A stretch of DNA of 64,000 nucleotides from the NCBI GenBank assembly GCA_945901265.1, contig CAMDJZ010000002.1:12947-76946 (forward strand), in the 5' to 3' direction. Positions 29,098 through 39,411 of the stretch are shown one piece after another; positions within the stretch are counted from its first letter, which is position 1, and every line of letters starts with the position of its first letter. Made by a program: the position numbers and the translations under genes. Under the pieces are notes generated by a model. The model saw only the letters and a program-made list of their open reading frames with translations, had not been told where the DNA came from and did not search any database. The DNA comes from Rickettsia typhi (GTDB lineage: Bacteria; Pseudomonadota; Alphaproteobacteria; Rickettsiales; UBA1997).

Positions 29098-30858
29098 ATG
29101 ACCATTAACTATAACAGCACACCTTATCTTGTCAAAAGAATTACATTTGAATATATCATCTCTCACTGGAGAACTTTTGGAATCTCTATTGGCTTGATGC
29201 TATTGATTGCAGGAACAACTTCCTTTCATGCTTGGTTAATTAAGCCAGCGCTCGATTCAGTTTTTGTTCAAAAAAATACTAATGCCTTAGTTTATATTCC
29301 CTTGCTTGTCCTTGGCGTAACTGTAATCAAAGGTTTTGCAACTTATTACCAACTTCTTACCATGAATTTATTGACCATGCGCATTACTTCGCAGATGCGT
29401 CTTCGTCTTTACTCTCACTTCATTAAATCAGATATCGATAAGCTTCATAATAAATCTTCAGGTGATATGATCTCCAGTATAATCAATGAAATTACTTCTG
29501 TGGTTGGTTTGATTTCAACTTCGATGAACGGTTTCGTAAAACAATTTTTTACTTTATTTGCGTTAATTATTGTGATGTTTAATCAAAGTGTTGAACTGTC
29601 TTTGGTAGCGTTTATTGGCTTTCCGCTCGCTGCTTATCCAATTTATCGCATCGGCAAAAGATTGCGGAATTTATCTTATAAAAATCAAGAAATTGCTTCG
29701 AAATTTAATTCACAAATGAGTGATACATTGCAATATTCAAAATTAGTTAAAGCTTATCATTGTGAAGATTTCGAAGTGCGTAGAATGGGTATAATTATTG
29801 ATAGCGCATTTCAAATGGCCAAAAAAATTTCACGCATTTCATTAATTTCTTCCCCCTTCGTTGAGAGTTTGGCAGGGATTGGCGTAGCAGCAGTGATCTG
29901 GTATGGCGGACATCAAGTCATAACTGGCCAAACCACTCCGGGAGCATTTTTTTCTTTCTTTGCAGCGATGATGATGGCTTATAAACCATTAAAATCAGTT
30001 TCGAGCATGAATTCAGGAGTGCAGATGGGACTTGCTGCCGCAACTCGTCTTTACACTTTACTTGATGAAAAACCGCAAATTATTGATAAGCCAAATGCAC
30101 TAGAGATTCTTGATGTTAAAGGCGATATCGAATTTGCAAATGTTAACTTTAGTTACGTTGAAGGAAAGGATGCTTTGAAATCAGTTAGTTTTAAAATTCC
30201 TGCCGGAAAAACTGTTGCGCTAGTTGGTCATTCGGGGGGAGGAAAATCAACGATTATGAATATGATTTTAAGATTTTACGATCCGCAAAATGGTCAAGTT
30301 AAACTTGATGGACATGATATTCGCGATCTAACAGTTAAATCACTTAGAAGCTCGATGTCTGTAGTCAATCAAGAGGTTATGTTATTTGACGATACGGTTT
30401 TAGAAAATATTCGCTACGGCAAAGAAGGAGCAACCGAAGAGCAAATTATTCGTGCTGCAAAATTAGCGGAAGCTGATGAATTTATTTCTGAATTACCGGA
30501 AAAATATCACAGCAAAGTTGGCCAACATGGCATTCGTTTATCAGGTGGACAAAGACAAAGAATTGCCATTGCCCGAGCTATTTTGTATGATGCACCAATT
30601 CTTTTGCTTGATGAGGCAACTTCAGCACTCGATCCAATTTCTGAAAAATTAATTAAAGATGCTTTGGCAAAATTAATGAAAAATCGTACCTCACTAGTTA
30701 TTGCCCATCGCTTATCAACCGTAATTCACTGCGATAAAATTATTGTAATTAGCAATGGTAAAGTTGTGGAAGAGGGGAAGCATCAAGAGCTTCTAGATCA
30801 AAATGGTTTATATGCTAATCTTTATTTAAAGCAATTTGAAATTACTCAAGATAGTTAA
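29098..30858 (+). CDS. ABC transporter, fused permease/ATPase (MsbA-like exporter)
   Basis: 586 aa with six N-terminal TM helices, then 'GHSGGGKST', 'LSGGQRQRIAIARA' and 'LLLDEATSALD'. Confidence 0.85.
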   Translation: MTINYNSTPYLVKRITFEYIISHWRTFGISIGLMLLIAGTTSFHAWLIKPALDSVFVQKNTNALVYIPLLVLGVTVIKGFATYYQLLTMNLLTMRITSQMRLRLYSHFIKSDIDKLHNKSSGDMISSIINEITSVVGLISTSMNGFVKQFFTLFALIIVMFNQSVELSLVAFIGFPLAAYPIYRIGKRLRNLSYKNQEIASKFNSQMSDTLQYSKLVKAYHCEDFEVRRMGIIIDSAFQMAKKISRISLISSPFVESLAGIGVAAVIWYGGHQVITGQTTPGAFFSFFAAMMMAYKPLKSVSSMNSGVQMGLAAATRLYTLLDEKPQIIDKPNALEILDVKGDIEFANVNFSYVEGKDALKSVSFKIPAGKTVALVGHSGGGKSTIMNMILRFYDPQNGQVKLDGHDIRDLTVKSLRSSMSVVNQEVMLFDDTVLENIRYGKEGATEEQIIRAAKLAEADEFISELPEKYHSKVGQHGIRLSGGQRQRIAIARAILYDAPILLLDEATSALDPISEKLIKDALAKLMKNRTSLVIAHRLSTVIHCDKIIVISNGKVVEEGKHQELLDQNGLYANLYLKQFEITQDS

Positions 30859-30964
30859 AATAAAATAAAACTAGTTTAAATCTATTTAAAGATAATTAAT
30901 TTAAACAAAACAATTAATAACTATTTTACCAATATAAAATTTAGTGATATAAACATTTAAAACT

Positions 30965-31129
30965 ATGAATGACTATAAAAATAAGAATGAAAAATCTTTA
31001 AATTCAGAACCTAATTTAGAAAAAATAGCTGATAAAAAAAAGCGTAATGATATCGAAAAAAATAAGCGTAAAACCAAACTCTCCCAAGCTTTGCGAAATA
31101 ATTTAATGAGAAGAAAAAAAATTAATTAA
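30965..31129 (+). CDS. small basic protein (54 aa), below the ORF-track cutoff
   Basis: My own translation: MNDYKNKNEKSLNSEPNLEKIADKKKRNDIEKNKRKTKLSQALRNNLMRRKKIN*. The C-terminal 'L..ALR.NL.RRK' resembles a small conserved alphaproteobacterial protein as I recall it (unverified). Confidence 0.3.
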   Translation: MNDYKNKNEKSLNSEPNLEKIADKKKRNDIEKNKRKTKLSQALRNNLMRRKKIN

Positions 31130-31149
31130 TTTTATTTCGGGAAATTTAT

Positions 31150-31178
31150 TTGACTATTATAACATAACATGTGATAAT
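31150..31178 (+). promoter_or_regulatory. promoter candidate TTGACT-17-(TGT)GATAAT
   Basis: TTGACT at 31150..31155, a 17-nt spacer ending in TGT (extended -10 like), and GATAAT at 31173..31178, about 90 nt upstream of the 31269 ATG. Confidence 0.3.
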
Positions 31179-31268
31179 TTTTACCACAAATTATTTCGGT
31201 ATTAATGTTACTAAATAAATCTAAAAATACATGCTTCTATAATTTGAAAATCAACAAAATTTAATTTT

Positions 31269-31664
31269 ATGAAAAAAATCTTTTTTATTTCTTTATTGAT
31301 TCTCGCAACTTCATGTTCGACGATTTTTAATTCCGGTTCGCAATCATTTATTGCCAAAACCTCAAGTGATCGCGAAGGAGTTATGGTTGAAATTACAACT
31401 CCAGATGGTTCATATCGTACCAAATTACCAACTACCGTTGTGGCAACTCCCTCTAGCTTTAGAGGTATTAAAATTGATGTTGTAGATAATTGCTTTAATT
31501 CAACATCTTACGAAGTTAAAAAATCAATTACCCCATCATTTTGGGCAAATATTTTATGGGGATTTGGTAGCTTGGTTGCCATGCCAATTGACTATCTAGA
31601 TGGTTATATGTGGAAATTTGATAGAATGACAGTTGTACCCGTTAGTTCAAACGGCAAATGTTAA
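31269..31664 (+). CDS. small lipoprotein, unknown function
   Basis: 131 aa with a signal peptide and lipobox 'LATSC'. Confidence 0.5.
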   Translation: MKKIFFISLLILATSCSTIFNSGSQSFIAKTSSDREGVMVEITTPDGSYRTKLPTTVVATPSSFRGIKIDVVDNCFNSTSYEVKKSITPSFWANILWGFGSLVAMPIDYLDGYMWKFDRMTVVPVSSNGKC

Positions 31665-31742
31665 GAAAATTTTATCTAAAATTTTAGTTAATGATTTTAA
31701 GAATTGATAATCTAAAATTCTTAAAAAATTAATTACATTAAA

Positions 31743-33134
31743 ATGACAAAAGTTAACATAGTTGGTGGTGGATTAACAGGTTGTGAATGCGCTTGGCAGT
31801 TAGCAAAACGTGGAATTGAAGTTGAGATTTTTGAAATGCGCGATGAGCAAAGAAAAACTTTTGCGCATCGTACCAAAGATTTAGCAGAGCTAGTTTGTTC
31901 TAATTCTCTTCGTAGTAATGATCCAAATACTGCAATTGGCTTGCTTCATGCCGAAATGCAAAAACTCGATTCATTAATTATTGCTAGTGGATTGCAAAAC
32001 CGCGTTCCAGCGGGAAGTGCTTTGGCGGTGGATCGCCAAGGTTTTTCACAATTTATTGAAGAAAAATTATTAGCTACCAAAAAAGTAAAAATTACTCGTA
32101 CCGAAATTACTTCCTTGCCAAGTCAATCAAATGAAAAATGGATTATCGCCAGTGGTCCGTTAACTTCTGATCTTCTCAGTCAAGAAATTTTAAAATTAAC
32201 TTCCAAAGATCATTTAGCTTTTTTTGATGCAATTGCGCCAATTATTTTTAAAGATTCAATTGATTTTTCAATTGCTTGGATGCAATCGCGATATGATAAG
32301 GGCGAGGGTAGTGATTACATTAATTGCCCTATGAATAAGGAGCAGTATTTGCAATTTATTGAAGATATTAATAATTGCGAAAAAACTGAATTTAAAGATT
32401 GGGAAAAAAATACCCCATATTTCGATGGCTGTTTGCCAATTGAAGAAATGGCAAGGAGAGGAGAGGATGTATTGCGATTTGGTCCACTCAAGCCAGTTGG
32501 TTTAACCAATCCGCATTTTCCTAAATCTCCAGCGGAAACTAAATTAAAAGATCGCAAGGAAAAAGCCTATGCAATCGTTCAGCTTCGCCAAGATAATGCC
32601 CTTGGAACTCTTTACAACATGGTTGGCTTTCAAACTAAAATGAAATATGGTGAACAACAAAGAATTTTTCAAAAAATTCCCGGTCTTTGCAATGCTGAAT
32701 TTGCAAGGTTTGGAGGAATTCACCGCAATACTTTTATTAATTCACCACAATTGCTTGATCGCTTTATGCGCTTAAAAAAATTTCCGCATTTACGATTCGC
32801 AGGACAAATCACTGGAGTTGAAGGTTATGTCGAATCAGCAAGTATGGGATTGCTCGCGGGAATTTTTTGTGCACAAGAAATTATTGCTCAACAAGATTTA
32901 AATGAAGATTTTTTACCTCCGCAATCTACCTCAATTGGAGCATTGCTTAATTACATAACATATTCACGAAATTGTGACAATAATGATTCAATAATTGCCT
33001 TTCAACCGATGAATGTTAATTTTGGATTATTCATGTCATTAGCGCAAAATGTTACTAAAGATCAACGCAAAGAAGCTTACAAAAATCGAGCTTTAGAGCA
33101 TATTGAACTTTGGCAAAATAAACTATTAAATTAA
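31743..33134 (+). CDS. trmFO: methylenetetrahydrofolate--tRNA-(uracil-5-)-methyltransferase TrmFO
   Basis: 463 aa with '[18 protein letters not shown]' and '[17 protein letters not shown]'. Confidence 0.9.
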   Translation: MTKVNIVGGGLTGCECAWQLAKRGIEVEIFEMRDEQRKTFAHRTKDLAELVCSNSLRSNDPNTAIGLLHAEMQKLDSLIIASGLQNRVPAGSALAVDRQGFSQFIEEKLLATKKVKITRTEITSLPSQSNEKWIIASGPLTSDLLSQEILKLTSKDHLAFFDAIAPIIFKDSIDFSIAWMQSRYDKGEGSDYINCPMNKEQYLQFIEDINNCEKTEFKDWEKNTPYFDGCLPIEEMARRGEDVLRFGPLKPVGLTNPHFPKSPAETKLKDRKEKAYAIVQLRQDNALGTLYNMVGFQTKMKYGEQQRIFQKIPGLCNAEFARFGGIHRNTFINSPQLLDRFMRLKKFPHLRFAGQITGVEGYVESASMGLLAGIFCAQEIIAQQDLNEDFLPPQSTSIGALLNYITYSRNCDNNDSIIAFQPMNVNFGLFMSLAQNVTKDQRKEAYKNRALEHIELWQNKLLN

Positions 33135-33164
33135 AATAAATCCTAACTTAAATTAGTTTTAATT

Positions 33165-33878
33165 ATGCAAAATTATTTAAAAATATTAATCTTACTAACA
33201 ATTGTTAGTTGCTCACCAAATTGGCAATATGACTCAAAAAATTCAAGTAAAAAATGGGGTGATATTAATGAAAAATTTAAGTTTTGTAAAATTGGATTAA
33301 ACCAATCACCAATTGATGTTGTAGCTGATTTCTCGGTAAGTGATTTATCTTTTCATTTTCAAAAAAATCATCAACAAAATAATGCTGAAAAAGAGCGCAA
33401 AGATTATGTTTTAAAAACAGTTTTTTTTGATCAAAGTTTTTTGCAACGTATGAAGAAAAAATATTTTTTACGTTATTTTGAATTTCATCATCCCAGCGAA
33501 CATCTTGTTAAAAACCAAGCATCTTCCCTTGAAATGCAAATCGCTTTTAAAAGCGAAGATGAGCAATGGTTGATGATGTCAATTTTTTTAGAAGTTGGCA
33601 ATCATCATAAAAATTTTGAAGAAATTATTAGTTTCGTTGAAAATAAAAAACAAAAAGAAGGAAAAATTGATCTTGAAAAAATTATTAAAAAAAATGATTT
33701 AGTATTTTTTTATGAAGGATCAATCACTACTCCACCATGCACTGAAGGTATAAAATGGTATATTTATAAAACCCCAATTTATATTTCTAAGGAGCAAATG
33801 AATATAATTATTAAAAATACAATTTTTACTAAAACTAATGCGCGGGATGTACAAAAATTTAATCCTGAAAAATTTTAA
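33165..33878 (+). CDS. alpha-carbonic-anhydrase-fold lipoprotein with degenerate zinc site
   Basis: Lipobox 'IVSC'. Alpha-CA hallmarks 'W.Y....WG......C..G.NQSPIDV' and 'GSITTPPCTEGIKW' are present. However, 'FEFHHPSEH' replaces the bacterial 'FHFHxPSEH', and 'LEMQIAF' replaces 'xEAHxVH'. Confidence 0.7.
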   Translation: MQNYLKILILLTIVSCSPNWQYDSKNSSKKWGDINEKFKFCKIGLNQSPIDVVADFSVSDLSFHFQKNHQQNNAEKERKDYVLKTVFFDQSFLQRMKKKYFLRYFEFHHPSEHLVKNQASSLEMQIAFKSEDEQWLMMSIFLEVGNHHKNFEEIISFVENKKQKEGKIDLEKIIKKNDLVFFYEGSITTPPCTEGIKWYIYKTPIYISKEQMNIIIKNTIFTKTNARDVQKFNPEKF

Positions 33879-33941
33879 AATTTAGCTTGAGAGAAATTTT
33901 TATTTACTTAAAAATTAGATTTTAAATTTTATTTTATTTTT

Positions 33942-36248
33942 ATGTTAGTGCAAAATTCCAAGCAATTTACTTCTGAAAATAATCATGATAATCAGCTTAA
34001 TTTAGTTGCGTTTGAACAATTATTAAAATCGCTTAATGATCAACAGCTTGAAGCGGTAAATAAAACCGAAGGACCTCTTTTAGTTTTAGCAGGGGCTGGG
34101 ACTGGTAAAACCAAGGTTTTAACGTCGCGCATCATCAATATTATTAATTCCAATCTTGCTTATCCAAGTCAAATTTTAGCGGTAACCTTTACCAATAAGG
34201 CAGCAAGTGAAATGAAAAAAAGAATTGCTGAAATTATCGGCGATCAAGTTAATAATATTTGGGTTGGAACTTTTCATGCAATTTGTGCAAAAATTTTGCG
34301 TCGCCATCCAGAATTGGTAGGATTGCGTAGCGATTTTACAATTATTGATGATGATGATCAAAATCGATTGCTAAAGCAAATTCTTAATGATTTTAACATT
34401 GATACTAAACAATTCGCTCCAAAAGTTTATCTCAATAAAATTTCGCGTTTAAAAGATTCTTTAAAAACCCCTGCGCTTAATGATGATTTAGGATTGCCAA
34501 AATTAAAAGATGTTTTTGAAACTTATCAATCGCGTTTGCGCTCCATGAATTCAGCCGATTTCGGTGATTTAATTGCGCTTAATTTAGAAATATTTAATCG
34601 TGATTCTGAAGTGTTATCCTATTATCAAAATAAATTTCGTTATGTTTTAATTGATGAATATCAAGATACTAATAATGCCCAATATCAATGGTTACTTCGC
34701 TTGTCAGCTTTAAATTGCAATATTTGTTGCGTTGGCGATGATGACCAATCAATCTATAGTTGGCGAGGTGCAGATATTGCCAATATTTTGCGTTTCGAAA
34801 AAGATTTTGCTGATGCTAAAGTTATTCGTTTGGAACAAAATTACCGCTCAACTTCACGAATTTTAAATAGCGCTGATGCATTAATTTCAAATAACAAAGA
34901 GCGTCACGGCAAAACCTTATGGACTGATTTAGGGAAGGGTGAAAAAATCCAAGTTTTTGCTTATAATGATGATCGACTTGAAGCATTAATTACCTCAAAT
35001 AAAATCAAAGACGCAATTGCTAACAAGAAAATTAAAGCTAATGAAATTGCGGTATTGGTTCGCGCTGGTCATCAAACGCGAGCTTTTGAAGAAGCGTTTA
35101 TTCAAAATAATTTGCCCTACAGAATCATCGGTGGAATGAAGTTCTATGAAAGAATGGAGGTTCGCGATTCTATTGCTTATCTTAGAGTTTGTGCAAATTT
35201 TAATGATGATTTGGCGATGTCGCGAATAGTCAATGTTCCCAAAAGAGGAGTTGGCGATAGCGCTGTTGCAAACTTTTACAAATATAGCAAAGAAAATAAA
35301 ATTCCTCTTATTGCAGTTATTAAAAATTCAATTGCCAATAATGAATTAAAAGGAAAATCTCGTGAATCATTAACGCAATTAATTTCAATTTTTGAAAAAT
35401 TTAATCAACAAATTACCGGTGAAAATTTAGCTAATGAAACTTTAGGAAATTTGGCAAAAAAATTATTAAAAGAAGTTGGTTATTTGCAAATGTGGGAAAG
35501 TGAAAATACTTTAGAAGCGCAAGGTCGAATTGCTAATATTGAAGAATTTATTAATAGCCTTAATGATTTTTCAAACATTACAGAGTTTTTGGAATATGTT
35601 TCGCTAGTCGAAGCGCGTGACGATAAAAATTTGCAAGAAGCAGTAAGCGTTATGACTGTTCACGGTTCCAAGGGTTTAGAATTCGATATGGTTTTTTTAC
35701 CTGGACTTGAAGATGGAATTTTTCCGAGCAATAAATCAATTGATGAAAGAAAAGGCGTAGAGGAAGAAAGAAGATTGATGTATGTTGCAATTACCCGTGC
35801 CAAGAAACATTTAATCATGTCATTTGCAAAAAGTCGTTATATTTTTGGCGATGTTGTTAACTCAATGCCATCAAGGTTTATCAAGGAATTACCTGAAAGT
35901 GAAATTGAATTTGAAGAAGTAAATTTTGCCAATAATCAGTGGCAAAAAAATAATCAGGATTTTTTCAATGATGATTTTGAAGATCAGAATTATGCAAATA
36001 AAAAATATCCGGTAAAAAATAATTTCAAAAGTAGTAATCATTTTGCGGTTGCAAATAATTTTCAAAAAAAATCAACCTCAAATTTTATCGTTCAAAATGA
36101 GGATAAATCAATGATCAATAAAAGAGTTTTTCATCAAAAATTTGGTTATGGAAAAGTATTAAATGTTGATGGAAAAAAACTTGAAATTGCCTTTGAAAAA
36201 GCTGGAACAAAAATCGTTATGCAAGATTTTGTTAAGGAAACTGGTTAG
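33942..36248 (+). CDS. uvrD: ATP-dependent DNA helicase UvrD/PcrA family
   Basis: 768 aa with 'AGAGTGKT', 'IDEYQDTN', 'QNYRST', 'VMTVHGSKGLEF' and 'YVAITRAK'. Confidence 0.9.
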   Translation: MLVQNSKQFTSENNHDNQLNLVAFEQLLKSLNDQQLEAVNKTEGPLLVLAGAGTGKTKVLTSRIINIINSNLAYPSQILAVTFTNKAASEMKKRIAEIIGDQVNNIWVGTFHAICAKILRRHPELVGLRSDFTIIDDDDQNRLLKQILNDFNIDTKQFAPKVYLNKISRLKDSLKTPALNDDLGLPKLKDVFETYQSRLRSMNSADFGDLIALNLEIFNRDSEVLSYYQNKFRYVLIDEYQDTNNAQYQWLLRLSALNCNICCVGDDDQSIYSWRGADIANILRFEKDFADAKVIRLEQNYRSTSRILNSADALISNNKERHGKTLWTDLGKGEKIQVFAYNDDRLEALITSNKIKDAIANKKIKANEIAVLVRAGHQTRAFEEAFIQNNLPYRIIGGMKFYERMEVRDSIAYLRVCANFNDDLAMSRIVNVPKRGVGDSAVANFYKYSKENKIPLIAVIKNSIANNELKGKSRESLTQLISIFEKFNQQITGENLANETLGNLAKKLLKEVGYLQMWESENTLEAQGRIANIEEFINSLNDFSNITEFLEYVSLVEARDDKNLQEAVSVMTVHGSKGLEFDMVFLPGLEDGIFPSNKSIDERKGVEEERRLMYVAITRAKKHLIMSFAKSRYIFGDVVNSMPSRFIKELPESEIEFEEVNFANNQWQKNNQDFFNDDFEDQNYANKKYPVKNNFKSSNHFAVANNFQKKSTSNFIVQNEDKSMINKRVFHQKFGYGKVLNVDGKKLEIAFEKAGTKIVMQDFVKETG

Positions 36249-36259
36249 AAATTACTTGG

Positions 36260-38053
36260 TTAAAAATTATCGATTTTTTTACCTATTACTTGAGCGCTTA
36301 AACTACGATTTACCTTTTCAAGAATCATTGGCTCGACAGTTGATATTAGATCTTCCTTAGCTTGCTGAATAGCTTTTTTATCGTCTTTTTTGTTAATTAG
36401 ATTTTCAATTATTAAAATTTTTGAATTTATTTGTCGACGCAAGTTTGGCGATATTTTTAATTCTTTATTTTTTAAGTCTTTTTTAATAATTTGTAAATCA
36501 TGATTTATATCAACAATTTCTTGAGTAAGTAAACGACGCTTGATATCTTCTTGTGAATTTTTTAGGGAATTGATGAGCATGTCTTTAATTTGTTCATCGC
36601 TTAAAGAAAAGCTTGGCTTGACAACAATTTTTGCCCGAGATTTTGTAAATTTTTCTTCAGCACTTACGGTAAGAAGTCCATCAGCATCTAAGCTAAAAGT
36701 TATAGCAACACGAGCCAAACCTGCAATCATTGCTGGAATATTTTTAATTTCAAATTCCGCAAGCGATCGACAATCTTTAGCAAATTCATTTTCACCTTGA
36801 ACAATGTGTAATTTCATTGCAGTTTGATTATCTGCATAGGTGGTGAAATCTTTGGTTTTGGTAACTGGAATTGTTGAATTACGATAAATAATTTTATCAA
36901 TAATTCCTCCCACCATTTCTATACCCAATGAAAGCGGATTGACGTCGAGTAGTAAATTTTTTTTGGCTCCAGAAAGATTATAAGCTTGATGACATGCACC
37001 TACTGCAACAACACGATCTGGGTCGATATTGGTGAGAATCTTTTCACCAAATTTTTTAATAAGTTTTTCTTTAATGAGAGGAATTCTACTTGATCCACCA
37101 ACAAGGATTATACCATTTAATTGATTTATGTCTAAATCTAAATCATCTATTAGATTTTCACAAATATTAACTGTTTTTGTTATATTCTTATCAATTAAAT
37201 TAATAAATTCCTGACGAGAAATTTTCAAGTTTTCTTCCTTATAACTTTCTTCAAAACTTAAAGTTTCTTTAGCTTTACGGGGATTTTTAAAGCCAAAATT
37301 TTTTAACAATAAATCAAAATCATCACCACCCAAATTATTATTTCCAGCAACTCCCAAAACTTTAAAAACACCATTATTAATTTTTAAAATAGATACATCA
37401 AAAGTTCCGCCTCCTAAATCATAAACTAAATAAAGACCTTGGCTGTTATTATCCAAGCCATAGGCAAGCGCTGAAGCGGTAGGTTCATTTACTAAGCGAA
37501 TTACTTCTAATCCAGCAAGTAATGCCGATTGTTTTGTGGCGTTTTTTGCACCTTCGTCAAAATATGCAGGAACTGTAATCACAACTTTTGAAACTGGCTG
37601 TTGAAGATTATCTTCGGCAATTTTTTTTAAATATTTTAAAATTTCTGCACAAATTTCAACAGTGCTGATATGTTTTTCGCCAATTTTTAAGGCGATACTT
37701 TCCCGACTATCGCAATTTTGTGCTTGATTTGGTAAATATTTTTTTTCCAAATAATGAAAATTGGCAATATCGCTAAAACTCTTACCCATCAATCTTTTTA
37801 TTGAACTAATGAAATGCGAATTTTTATTTTTAAAATTAACTTGATTGGCAACTCCTTTGACATTTCCGAAATTATCATATTCAACAATTGAGGGGTGAAT
37901 ATCGTTTTTTTTATGATCACAAAATAACTTAACTTTTTCGTTAATAACAGTTCCAACTAATGAATTTGTTGTGCCAAGATCTATTCCAATTACTAAATTG
38001 CTAGAAGTATTTGAGGTTTCAATAATTGGTTCATCAATTTGAATTAGCGCCAT
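36260..38053 (-). CDS. hscA: Fe-S cluster assembly chaperone HscA (Hsp70)
   Basis: 597 aa with 'GIDLGTTNS' and 'DLGGGTFDVS'. It is the last gene of the isc string. Confidence 0.9.
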   Translation of the reverse strand: MALIQIDEPIIETSNTSSNLVIGIDLGTTNSLVGTVINEKVKLFCDHKKNDIHPSIVEYDNFGNVKGVANQVNFKNKNSHFISSIKRLMGKSFSDIANFHYLEKKYLPNQAQNCDSRESIALKIGEKHISTVEICAEILKYLKKIAEDNLQQPVSKVVITVPAYFDEGAKNATKQSALLAGLEVIRLVNEPTASALAYGLDNNSQGLYLVYDLGGGTFDVSILKINNGVFKVLGVAGNNNLGGDDFDLLLKNFGFKNPRKAKETLSFEESYKEENLKISRQEFINLIDKNITKTVNICENLIDDLDLDINQLNGIILVGGSSRIPLIKEKLIKKFGEKILTNIDPDRVVAVGACHQAYNLSGAKKNLLLDVNPLSLGIEMVGGIIDKIIYRNSTIPVTKTKDFTTYADNQTAMKLHIVQGENEFAKDCRSLAEFEIKNIPAMIAGLARVAITFSLDADGLLTVSAEEKFTKSRAKIVVKPSFSLSDEQIKDMLINSLKNSQEDIKRRLLTQEIVDINHDLQIIKKDLKNKELKISPNLRRQINSKILIIENLINKKDDKKAIQQAKEDLISTVEPMILEKVNRSLSAQVIGKKIDNF

Positions 38054-38066
38054 AATAATTTAAAAT

Positions 38067-38552
38067 TTAGAGCAGTTTTTGTTTTTTAATCTTAAGGTCT
38101 TCAACGGCTTTTTTAAGATATTTTGCTTTGATTAAAAAATTAGCAGAAAGGTTAATTTGATTATCTCCATAAGCTCTCGCGAAATCGGCTATTAAGTCTT
38201 CAATAGTTTCTTTTAAATGACGCAAAAGATTGTCGATAATATTCTTATTTTCAATTATTTCGATATGTTCGCGTAATTCAAGAATTTCAAGGAGCATTGA
38301 TTTATCTGGATTTATAGCTTTATCATCATTAACTAAATCAATATTATTAAGTTGCAAAAGATAGCAAGCGCGGGAAAAATCATCGCTTAATATCCGAAAT
38401 GCCTCATTTATTTCCATGGCCTTAACGGCATTATTATGATTCGATTTATCGGGATGAAATTTAGTTTGCAATTCCAAATATTTTCTTTCTAAAAAATTGC
38501 TATCTATGGCAAATTTTACTTCTAAATCAAACAGGATAAAATAATTACTCAT
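38067..38552 (-). CDS. hscB: Fe-S co-chaperone HscB
   Basis: 161 aa. J-domain 'KFHPDKS'. Positioned between iscA and hscA. Confidence 0.8.
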   Translation of the reverse strand: MSNYFILFDLEVKFAIDSNFLERKYLELQTKFHPDKSNHNNAVKAMEINEAFRILSDDFSRACYLLQLNNIDLVNDDKAINPDKSMLLEILELREHIEIIENKNIIDNLLRHLKETIEDLIADFARAYGDNQINLSANFLIKAKYLKKAVEDLKIKKQKLL

Positions 38553-38974
38553 ACTTTAAAACTTTCTCCACAGCCACATCGGCCTTTTTCATTGGGATTA
38601 ATAAAATCAAAGCCTGATGATAATTCATCGCTTTTGAAAATCATTTCACTGCCTATTAAAAACATTGAAGCTTTAGGATCAATAAAAATTTTAATATTTT
38701 CATTTTTGGTATTTTTACACAATACCACGTCATCAAATTTTGTAATATTTTTTTCGATAATTGCATATTCGATAGTATAGCTTAAACCAGAACAGCCTCT
38801 AGTTTTAACGTTAATTCTAATGCCTTCACAACTTTCCTTTCTTTGCGCAAGAAGATTGCTTAATTGATTTGCAACATCAGAATTTATCGTTAAATAATTA
38901 ACAATAGGATTAGATAAATTATAAGATAATTTATTTTGTTTGTTTAAACCTTCTTGGCTATTATTAACTTCCAT
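38549..38974 (-). CDS. iscA: iron-sulfur cluster assembly protein IscA
   Basis: 141 aa with 'RGCSGLSY' and C-terminal 'GRCGCGESF'. It has a ~25-aa N-terminal extension relative to typical IscA. Confidence 0.85.
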   Translation of the reverse strand: MEVNNSQEGLNKQNKLSYNLSNPIVNYLTINSDVANQLSNLLAQRKESCEGIRINVKTRGCSGLSYTIEYAIIEKNITKFDDVVLCKNTKNENIKIFIDPKASMFLIGSEMIFKSDELSSGFDFINPNEKGRCGCGESFKV

Positions 38975-38986
38975 TATTAAATAAAA

Positions 38987-39382
38987 TTAATTATTGATAG
39001 TTTTTTGTTTTTCTTTAAAATCTTCAATAGCTGATTTTATTGCTTCTTCAGCAAGAACTGAGCAGTGGATTTTAACTGGTGGTAATGATAATTCCTCAGC
39101 GATTTGCAGATTTGATATTTTGTAAGCATCATCAAGATTTTTACCTTTAATCCATTCAGTAATTAATGAGCTTGAAGCGATAGCAGAACCACAGCCGAAA
39201 GTTTTAAATTTAGCGTCAATAATGGTATTATTTTGCAGATCAACTTTGATTTGTAATTTCATTACATCACCACAAGCTGGAGCTCCAACCAATCCAGTAC
39301 CGATATTTTTTTCTCCTTTGGCAAAAGAGCCAATGTTTGAATTATTTTCGTAATATTCTTCAACTTTTTTTGAATAAGCCAT
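38987..39382 (-). CDS. iscU: Fe-S cluster scaffold IscU
   Basis: 131 aa with 'GAPACGDVMKLQI', 'FGCGSAIASSS' and 'KIHCSVLAE'. Confidence 0.95.
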   Translation of the reverse strand: MAYSKKVEEYYENNSNIGSFAKGEKNIGTGLVGAPACGDVMKLQIKVDLQNNTIIDAKFKTFGCGSAIASSSLITEWIKGKNLDDAYKISNLQIAEELSLPPVKIHCSVLAEEAIKSAIEDFKEKQKTINN

Positions 39383-39411
39383 AATTTCTCCTAATTAGTT
39401 AATGTTTTTTA

